Shown here: positions 47,676-53,929 of the stretch, one piece after another | How positions within the stretch are numbered: position 1 is the first letter of the stretch | How the letters are laid out: every line of letters starts with the position of its first letter | DNA from: a virus | Direction: 5' to 3' (one strand) | IMG/VR virus record: IMGVR_UViG_3300031087_000014 | Length of the DNA: 64,000 nucleotides | Notes under the pieces: model-generated | Database searches by the model: none | Told to the model about the DNA's origin: nothing | The model's input: only the letters and a program-made list of their open reading frames with translations | Position numbers and translations under genes: made by a program

Positions 47676-47747
47676 TGTTGAAGCTAGAAGATAAATCTTC
47701 ATTTGTCAATCTCGGAAGTGACAAGTTTTGCATTAAACTATAGCTTC
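47676..47747 (-). pseudogene. degenerate tRNA-like element
   Basis: perfect acceptor GAAGCTA/TAGCTTC, enlarged anticodon loop, non-consensus T-loop, ends AACA. Confidence 0.5.
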
Positions 47748-47753
47748 TTTTTT

Positions 47754-47841
47754 TGGTATCGTGGACGGGATTCGAACCCGTAAGCAGAAAACTGCGCCAG
47801 ATTGAAAGTCTGGTTACTTAGGCCAATTTGTATACCACGAT
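47754..47841 (-). tRNA. tRNA with Glu anticodon (TTC) on a class II long-variable-arm body
   Basis: CCAGA-CTTTCAA-TCTGG, variable arm GCAG-TTTT-CTGC, A73. Confidence 0.85.
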
Positions 47842-47847
47842 ATAATT

Positions 47848-47924
47848 TGGAGCGAGATATCGGATTCGAACCGATGACGAACTGCTTGGAAGGCAGACAC
47901 TCTACCAGACTGAGTTAAACTCGC
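47848..47924 (-). tRNA. tRNA-Gly(TCC)
   Basis: GCG start, U73, loop CTTCCAA. Confidence 0.9.
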
Positions 47925-48050
47925 AATGTTGAAGGGCTAGCTGTGTGCTGCATATAGAGACATTGCACACCCACGCTGTAAATATTCTCGTTGGAAAACA
48001 CTTACAGAGATCTCTACTGGTATCCAGTTATTCCCCTTCTTGGGATACTC

Positions 48051-48101
48051 CGCGCTACGCTTCACAGCGTTTCGTCTTATTTCAAAGACTCATCAGGCGC
48101 G
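48051..48101 (-). ncRNA. type I hammerhead ribozyme
   Basis: CGCGC CUGAUGA GUCUU-UGAAAU-AAGAC GAAA CGCU-GUGA-AGCG UA GCGCG: complete core and three Watson-Crick stems. Confidence 0.92.
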
Positions 48102-48434
48102 TTTGCTTGATAATATACGATCACGTAGACCTTTTATGTGCCGTCGCGGTCACAACCTGTTATGATAAATCACAGTGCAGGTAGGGGAGAGGGTATAACA
48201 TTTCTGCTATCTCGTGTCGCCCTCTCTAAACAACCTCCATCACTAAAGACTGGACGCTATTGTTATTTGTGGGACAGTGACGGATATCCCTTTGCTGACT
48301 AGGCTACGTTCGGGACTGCTACCTTACAATGTTACAAGCTGTTGCGAATAACTCTGCTCGGTGCTCTCGACAAGAAGTACCCGCTGATACTATGCTCTTG
48401 TCATCCATACTCGCGGTCAAGCTTTCTGGTCATC

Positions 48435-48510
48435 TGGTGCTTGCAGCAGGACTTGAACCCGCGACCCACTGATTACAAAACAGTAGCTCTACCAACTGAG
48501 CTATACAAGC
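48435..48510 (-). tRNA. tRNA-Thr(TGT)
   Basis: loop TTTGTAA; canonical D and T arms. Confidence 0.9.
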
Positions 48511-48511
48511 T

Positions 48512-48685
48512 TTATCTTAATGGAATACCTTTGTATTCTCTTGAACGTATCAGTGCTTCTCTTCGTTTACGAGCTTCACGTTTTACGTTGTTTGGTGAAC
48601 GAGGATATTCACTGTAGACTTGAAAAGTTCTATTAACTTCTCTTGGTTCATCAAAGGAACCTATGGTCTGCTTCTGGAATGTCAT
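48512..48685 (-). CDS. small basic hypothetical protein
   Basis: ATG 48685 after AGGAG; lies between tRNA genes. Confidence 0.6.
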   Translation of the reverse strand: MTFQKQTIGSFDEPREVNRTFQVYSEYPRSPNNVKREARKRREALIRSREYKGIPLR

Positions 48686-48700
48686 ATCATTCTCCTGTAT

Positions 48701-48778
48701 TGGCGATCCTAGCAGGACTCGAACCTGCAACCGGTGGATTAACAGTCCACTGCTCTAACCAATTATAGCTATAGAATC
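48701..48778 (-). tRNA. tRNA-Asn(GTT)
   Basis: GTGGA-CTGTTAA-TCCAC; G73. Confidence 0.92.
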
Positions 48779-48784
48779 ATTGTT

Positions 48785-48869
48785 TGGTGAAATCTACTTT
48801 TCGAGCTTGTATCCCCGAAGGACTGAGTGATATAGATCACGCCATCTCGTCTTCCCTTATTTCGATTTC
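48785..48869 (-). ncRNA. 85-nt CCA-ended non-tRNA
   Basis: GAAATC/GATTTC-A-CCA terminal stem; internal hairpins including a C-TTCG-G loop; no T-loop. Confidence 0.5.
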
Positions 48870-48875
48870 ATTATT

Positions 48876-48957
48876 TGGTGGGGCTGCCTGGATTCGAACC
48901 AGGGCGTGGTATGCCTGATTTACAGTCAGGTGCGTTCGGCCTCTCCGCCACATCCCC
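48876..48957 (-). tRNA. tRNA-Tyr(GTA)
   Basis: CCTGA-CTGTAAA-TCAGG; A73. Confidence 0.92.
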
Positions 48958-48976
48958 TTAAACTTTATTTATCAAT

Positions 48977-49005
48977 ACTATATCATAAAAGTATTCAGAA
49001 GTAAA
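48977..49005 (-). promoter_or_regulatory. sigma70-type promoter within the tRNA cluster
   Basis: TTTACT-17 bp-TATAGT with TG extension. Confidence 0.6.
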
Positions 49006-49025
49006 GATTTATTTTACTTTTTGTT

Positions 49026-49102
49026 TGGTGCATCGCGGAGGATTCGAACCTCCAGTATTCTGATTAAAAGTCAGATGCCTTATCCAGTTTAGCTAGCGAT
49101 GC
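49026..49102 (-). tRNA. tRNA-Lys(TTT)
   Basis: TCTGA-CTTTTAA-TCAGA. Confidence 0.92.
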
Positions 49103-49103
49103 G

Positions 49104-49197
49104 TGGAGGAGAATATCAGACTTGAACTGATACGCCGCGTTTCCGCGACTACTGAGTGTTTAGCAAACACTTCCCTTACCGTTAGGGTTAATTCTCC
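49104..49197 (-). tRNA. tRNA-Ser(GCT)
   Basis: AGTGT-TTGCTAA-ACACT; long variable arm; U73. Confidence 0.88.
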
Positions 49198-49238
49198 GTT
49201 ACTTCTTATCGGTGTGATTTCTCACTCAATATCTTAGT

Positions 49239-49314
49239 TGGCGGGGATAGAGGAAATCGAATCCTCGGCTCCGCAGTGACAGTGCGGTATTTTTACCAAC
49301 TAAACTATATCCCC
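49239..49314 (-). tRNA. tRNA-Asp(GTC)
   Basis: CCGCA-CTGTCAC-TGCGG; G73. Confidence 0.92.
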
Positions 49315-49320
49315 TTAATT

Positions 49321-49411
49321 TGGAGGAAGGTAATGGAGTCGAACCATCATCGGCTATTAACCGATGGGCTGGTTTTCAAGACCAGTTACTCACCGCTGAG
49401 TCCTACCTTCC
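49321..49411 (-). tRNA. tRNA-Ser(TGA)
   Basis: CTGGT-CTTGAAA-ACCAG; long variable arm; U73. Confidence 0.88.
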
Positions 49412-49452
49412 TTTAAGTAGTTGTTAACTAACAATCTTCTCTACTTAATACC

Positions 49453-49481
49453 AATGTACCACGTATTTGATTGTCTGTCAA
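49453..49481 (-). promoter_or_regulatory. sigma70-type promoter
   Basis: TTGACA-17 bp-TACATT with TG extension. Confidence 0.7.
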
Positions 49482-49498
49482 CAACTATTTTAAACTAT

Positions 49499-49678
49499 TT
49501 ACTGCTTGGTAGAACGAGCGCGTTCACGCTTAGTTTTACCAGTACGGATGCGGTGAGACACTTTCTTCACTTCGCCGTTGATGGTAATTTCAACTGGCTT
49601 ACTTTCAGTCTGAGTAGACTTGCTCTCAAACTGGAAAGGCTGAATGATTTTGTCTACTGCGCTTACTTTCTTACCCAT
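49499..49678 (-). CDS. small basic hypothetical protein
   Basis: MGKKVSAVDK..., AAGGAG RBS. Confidence 0.65.
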   Translation of the reverse strand: MGKKVSAVDKIIQPFQFESKSTQTESKPVEITINGEVKKVSHRIRTGKTKRERARSTKQ

Positions 49679-49877
49679 TATGTCTCTCCTTATATGATTT
49701 ATTTTTAAATTGTGCCTCTCTGTCGCCATAAGCGAGGCTACTTACTATGATCGGAAAACAAAAAGTTACAATAACTTTTAAAAACGATGGCTTGTATATT
49801 TCATTAAGTTGTGCTCGACAAGAAGGCTAGTCTACAAACGCTACAACTTTAAATCAACGCATATACCAGACGCAAAC

Positions 49878-49954
49878 TGGCACTCCGTGAGGGATTCGAA
49901 CCCCCAACCTAGAGAGTAGAAATCTCTTGCGCTATCCAATTGCGCTAACGGAGC
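49878..49954 (-). tRNA. tRNA-Arg(TCT)
   Basis: AGAGA-TTTCTAC-TCTCT; A20; canonical arms. Confidence 0.92.
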
Positions 49955-49990
49955 AAATATTCTCTTTAACCTTGTTGGTCAGTGAGGTAA

Positions 49991-50176
49991 CTATACTACA
50001 GTTTCAGTAATAAAGTCAACATCTTTTTTAAACTTTCTTTTCTTGTTCCCAAAAATAACTCCACATACAGAGCACTTCTGACCTGGAGCTACTAAATCTC
50101 TATCGCAGCCACACCATACTCGCACTTTCTTTGGTGACTTGGCCTTTACTCTATTCGAATGTCTTTTGTAAGTCAA
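49991..50176 (-). CDS. small basic Zn-ribbon-like protein
   Basis: WCGCD...KCSVCG; TTG start after GGAG. Confidence 0.55.
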   Translation of the reverse strand: MTYKRHSNRVKAKSPKKVRVWCGCDRDLVAPGQKCSVCGVIFGNKKRKFKKDVDFITETVV

Positions 50177-50327
50177 TCTCTTTTCTCCCTTCACGACGAG
50201 CTTTCTTTCTTTTTGCTCGGTCAATTACTTTTCTGACAGTCCAGTGTCGCTGAGTTCGATCAGGATGGAAGCAGCAACCCCAACCACAGATAGAGTTATC
50301 TTTTTCTGTGTGTCCATATGGTTTCAT
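50151..50327 (-). CDS. small basic hypothetical protein (58 aa, not in ORF track)
   Basis: MKPYGHTEKDNSICGWGCC...KKARREGRKEI; GGAGGT RBS. Confidence 0.6.
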   Translation of the reverse strand: MKPYGHTEKDNSICGWGCCFHPDRTQRHWTVRKVIDRAKRKKARREGRKEIDLQKTFE

Positions 50328-50408
50328 TATTACCTCCGATAAAAATAATAAGAAAGAGTGTTTCTTTATTATTACTTCTAAAGAAAGCCCCCGAAGGGGC
50401 TTATAAAA

Positions 50409-51017
50409 TTACTTGCCGTTGTTAACGGTAACACCCTGGCGCTGAGCATCAGCACGAGCGATTTCCAGACGAGTTTCACGTTCTGCGGTAATCTGACCTT
50501 TCAGATCTTTGTTCTGCTCTTCGAGGAAGGCAATACGCTGTTCAAAAGATTTCTCGTTAGCTTCGAACTGAGCGATGGCTACGCGATGGTTTGATTCGAT
50601 TGCAGACTTCTGAGCGTTAAACGCGATTGCTGCTGAACGTTCACCTGCTGCTTTGGCTTCTGCCAGAGCGTCTTCGTTAGAATCCTGAGCCACAGCCAGA
50701 TCTGAACGGAGGGTAGCCAGTTCTTTAGGATCGATAGTTACCAGAGTACGAGATTTCAGAAGAGTACCAAGTACTTTATCTTCGTCTTCAATTACTTTCA
50801 GTTTCAGTTCAGCAGAAGCTTCACGGAATTTAGTATCGAACTGCTGATTCAGGTTATCCAGATCATTCTGCTTGTATTCGATATCAGTCGCCAGAGAAAC
50901 AGCTTGGTCAGCGATTGCTGCCAGATCCTGGGTGATTTTAACCAGGCCAGTTGCTGCGGTGTTCAGTGCTTTAGTAGAACGATCTGCTACGGTGATTACT
51001 TTTTTAACTTCTGACAT
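50409..51017 (-). CDS. coiled-coil hypothetical protein
   Basis: 202 aa; GAGGAG RBS; followed by a GCCCC-TTCG-GGGGC terminator. Confidence 0.8.
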   Translation of the reverse strand: MSEVKKVITVADRSTKALNTAATGLVKITQDLAAIADQAVSLATDIEYKQNDLDNLNQQFDTKFREASAELKLKVIEDEDKVLGTLLKSRTLVTIDPKELATLRSDLAVAQDSNEDALAEAKAAGERSAAIAFNAQKSAIESNHRVAIAQFEANEKSFEQRIAFLEEQNKDLKGQITAERETRLEIARADAQRQGVTVNNGK

Positions 51018-51098
51018 ATCTATATTCTCCTCTAAGAATTATTTATTTTTGATTAGTAATCTGTCCACTATATTAGTGAACAGAGCATTAAACAAAGT

Positions 51099-51205
51099 TG
51101 GAGCCGGATGGTGGAGTCGAACCACCTATGTATTCACATCACCCTAAAAGTGAATGCTGTTTTCGGGCTTTGATGGCCCCGCCCTTACCCAAGGGCTTAT
51201 CCGGC
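51099..51205 (-). tRNA. atypical tRNA with UCA (opal/Sec) anticodon
   Basis: GCCGGAT/ATCCGGC-T-CCA; 6-bp D stem with 4-nt loop; loop CATCAAA; very long variable region; perfect T-arm. Confidence 0.65.
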
Positions 51206-51207
51206 GT

Positions 51208-51333
51208 TGGTTGATGCGTAACAGGACTCGAACCTGCAATGTGTGAGTCATCGGCGGCTTCCGGTAAGCTACGGCGCTCAACCGTAGTAGATTCCCTATT
51301 CCCCCGCGTCTACCTATTTCGCCAGACGCATCA
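51208..51333 (-). ncRNA. 126-nt tRNA-Leu-like RNA with extended acceptor and expanded centre
   Basis: D arm GGCGAAATAGGTAGACGC, T-arm with TTCGAGT, TGATGCGT/ACGCATCA-A-CCA. Confidence 0.65.
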
Positions 51334-51350
51334 TTGTTTCAACGAGGAGG

Positions 51351-51380
51351 ATATTAACACGGTTTTTGATACCGTGTCAA
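51351..51380 (-). promoter_or_regulatory. promoter at the head of the RNA island, with a spacer palindrome
   Basis: TTGACA-18 bp-TAATAT; ACACGGT-N7-ACCGTGT spans the spacer. Confidence 0.65.
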
Positions 51381-51439
51381 CACCTTTTATTTAAATAATC
51401 TCAATAATACGCATTTATTTTCTCCCTCTGAGATTATTG

Positions 51440-51553
51440 TTAAGTTGAGGAAGAATCAGTACGGTCACAACACTTGCTACCAAGGTGTTTACCCAAGGCA
51501 AAAGCAACAAGCAAAGAGACCAACTGGACGGAGATTGCTATTTCAAGAGCCAT
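51440..51553 (-). CDS. small membrane protein (37 aa)
   Basis: MALEIAISVQLVSLLVAFALG...; AAGGAG RBS. Confidence 0.55.
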   Translation of the reverse strand: MALEIAISVQLVSLLVAFALGKHLGSKCCDRTDSSST

Positions 51554-51562
51554 AATCGCTCC

Positions 51563-51826
51563 TTACGTAGTTGGAGATCCGTTCATTGTAGAGATTACAA
51601 TTTCGGATTTCACGGTTTGTGATCGAACCCAGGCTGAACCAAACTCCGGTGCAATAGTGCTCCAGTTAGCCAAGCGGTGATGATCGTGAGTAAATGCAGT
51701 AGGCATAGTTTCGCTGAATGCAAGATAGACGTTTCCGACTCTTACTTCAACAACCGAAACAGTGCTTCCGTCAATCACTTTAATCCAACCGTCAGTGTCC
51801 GTTAGTGAGTATGACTTAGTTGCCAT
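51563..51826 (-). CDS. hypothetical protein
   Basis: 87-aa beta-rich ORF, AAGGA RBS. Confidence 0.65.
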   Translation of the reverse strand: MATKSYSLTDTDGWIKVIDGSTVSVVEVRVGNVYLAFSETMPTAFTHDHHRLANWSTIAPEFGSAWVRSQTVKSEIVISTMNGSPTT

Positions 51827-51835
51827 TGTGTTTCC

Positions 51836-52054
51836 TTAATCTAGGTTATTTGAGGGTGATGGTGTATATTGAGTAAGAACATCGGTGATATCTTGATGAT
51901 GATACTCTCTATACTCTGAATCATCTGATGCTAGGCTAGTACATACGGAACATAAGTCCGATTCTTTAATCAGTCCACTCTTGCTGGCGTTAGCCCTATT
52001 GTGAAGTTTCCGATTACAAGCTTTACATCTAAAATGAAAACTGTGTCCATTCAT
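51836..52054 (-). CDS. small Zn-finger-like protein
   Basis: RCKACN...LCSVC. Confidence 0.6.
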   Translation of the reverse strand: MNGHSFHFRCKACNRKLHNRANASKSGLIKESDLCSVCTSLASDDSEYREYHHQDITDVLTQYTPSPSNNLD

Positions 52055-52156
52055 AGTAGTTGCTCATACACAGAGGGAGTATTAGCAAGCTTTAATATAC
52101 CACGAATAGAGGGGAGTTGTCAATCTGTCTGACGCATCCCCTACCCTCTTTATAAC

Positions 52157-53872
52157 TTATTTCAGATACTTGCTCACCGTTTCATCCAAGATGCAGCGAA
52201 CTTCGTCGATACTTACGTCAACAACCATTTGGCTATTGCGGAAGATTTCTTTCAGTTCATTGCGCTCTGACGAGATATCGGAGAAAGACAAACCATCTTC
52301 CAATACCAGATCTCCATCTGGGCTAGCCACTACAGCCAAGAATCCACGAGCAGAACGTTTACCTAAGTCGGTTTTTGGTTCCTTGCTTACAAGAATCTCG
52401 TTACCGTCAATGATACAACCTGTAGCTTTACAAGCAAAGCCGAAAGTATCACGAGTGCTGTAGTTGTAAGTGTAACTACCAACACCAAGAACGATATTGC
52501 TCGATGCAAAACCATTCGCCTCCAGACGTTTGAAGATTTCCTTGGTCAGACTAACAGTAATACTGTCACCGTAGATCAGGCCAATATGTTCATCCAGAAC
52601 TTTGTAGCCCTTACTGTTGACAGTGCCGCCAAAGGTTTCCCACAGAATCTGAATAGTACCTACAGCTTCGTGACGGGGAATCTCATATACTTCGTTGATG
52701 CTGGCGTTAATGGTACGATCACCAGTAATATCGTAGTATTTGTCACGGTCTTCCAGGTAAATAACTTCTGTACTAATTCCAACACTCGAAGTCTGCATTG
52801 TCTGCCAATCTTTGAAGCTTTCAATCTTGTAACCGCAAATAATATGCAGGGGCTTACCGCTATCTGGACGGATAACTAATTTACCGTCACGTTCCATAAT
52901 CTCTTCTTTCAAGAGAGGAAGGATCTCAGTGACCAGCGCCCAATAGTCATAACTATCTGCCACGTAAGACACGATGCCGTCAGGGTAAATCTGAGTGACA
53001 TACTTACGCAAGAATTCCAGTTCAGAGAAGAAGCGTTGTTCATCAACGTTCATTGCTGCAAAACCATCAACTTCGATCATCAGTTTAGCCAAGATATCAC
53101 TAATGTTGGTGGTAGCTACGCTGTGTTCTGATGCTGGGATGCTTCCAGCTACAAAGGTATCTTCGCCGTAGTAGAAATCATCTACGTAGCAAACTGCACG
53201 TAATGTGTCAGTACCTTTAAATGCCAGTAAGTGACCGAAGCCTGAACGATAGCCATCATCGATACCAGATAAGCCACGAGCAGAGAAATCGTGAAACTGG
53301 AAGGCTAAGTGATCTTTGCTGTCACAAGTAGATTCAGCGTAAGACTCACCCAGCAGACGATACTGGAATGCGATAGTCGCATTGTTCATTGTCTTCCAGG
53401 TTTCTGCACTCAGCATAGTTTCCAGATAGTTCACCAACCAAGCAAAGCCTGCTACTGTATTGTGAATCGTATAAACTGGAACCTGAATCGGACACAGTAC
53501 ACCTTCTGGTAGCGCTCGTACAGACAGAGGCAAATAACCTAAGTCGTGCAGTGCTTCGATGTGATCAGTGCGATTCTGACGACCGTTATAGCGAGTCATA
53601 AACTTAGAGTATTCCGCAACGACTTCATCTTTTGGACGAGAGAAGAAGTTTTCATTCCAATCGTCAATCAGTCGTTCTTTAATCACGCCCTGGATACCAG
53701 CAGCAATTACGCCGCGAGGTGCATTAGGTGCGTAATGCGGGAAGTACTTATCACCGCGAGGGGTGAAGTTAGAAAACAGGATTTCCATATTGTCAGCGTA
53801 CTGGTCAATGTGGCTTGGTTTGTAACCGTCAGTGTTGAACAGTGGGTTTTTAATACGTTTAGCCATAATCAT
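52157..53872 (-). CDS. nicotinamide phosphoribosyltransferase-like protein (Namat candidate)
   Basis: TDGYKPSH..QY, HDFSARG, GTDT, ASEHS, VADSYD, VIRPDSG, IYGDSIT, TRDT.GFA.KAT; start chosen after AAGGAG. Confidence 0.92.
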   Translation of the reverse strand: MIMAKRIKNPLFNTDGYKPSHIDQYADNMEILFSNFTPRGDKYFPHYAPNAPRGVIAAGIQGVIKERLIDDWNENFFSRPKDEVVAEYSKFMTRYNGRQNRTDHIEALHDLGYLPLSVRALPEGVLCPIQVPVYTIHNTVAGFAWLVNYLETMLSAETWKTMNNATIAFQYRLLGESYAESTCDSKDHLAFQFHDFSARGLSGIDDGYRSGFGHLLAFKGTDTLRAVCYVDDFYYGEDTFVAGSIPASEHSVATTNISDILAKLMIEVDGFAAMNVDEQRFFSELEFLRKYVTQIYPDGIVSYVADSYDYWALVTEILPLLKEEIMERDGKLVIRPDSGKPLHIICGYKIESFKDWQTMQTSSVGISTEVIYLEDRDKYYDITGDRTINASINEVYEIPRHEAVGTIQILWETFGGTVNSKGYKVLDEHIGLIYGDSITVSLTKEIFKRLEANGFASSNIVLGVGSYTYNYSTRDTFGFACKATGCIIDGNEILVSKEPKTDLGKRSARGFLAVVASPDGDLVLEDGLSFSDISSERNELKEIFRNSQMVVDVSIDEVRCILDETVSKYLK

Positions 53873-53929
53873 ATCTCCTTTTCGTTTTCGATAGGGAGAG
53901 TCTACACCCTCCCTGATTATTGTCAATAC

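Noticed and set aside
46165-48434. HDV-like (theta) or twister ribozymes at tRNA 3' ends
   Set aside because: The trailers after tRNA-Thr and tRNA-Ile do not give the required P1/nested pseudoknot or the twister loop consensus by eye; a covariance search is still advisable.
47925-48434. Full-length tmRNA, RNase P RNA, SRP RNA or group I intron in the long spacer
   Set aside because: No alanine acceptor ends or tag ORF, no GAGGAAAGUCC signature, only a partial AGG.AGCAG resemblance to SRP, and no recognisable intron core.
46369-49708. Track ORFs overlapping the RNA island (46369-46605, 46687-46941, 47945-48184, 48342-48617, 49421-49708)
   Set aside because: They overlap clear tRNAs or the ribozyme, or lie antisense to real genes, and lack an RBS.
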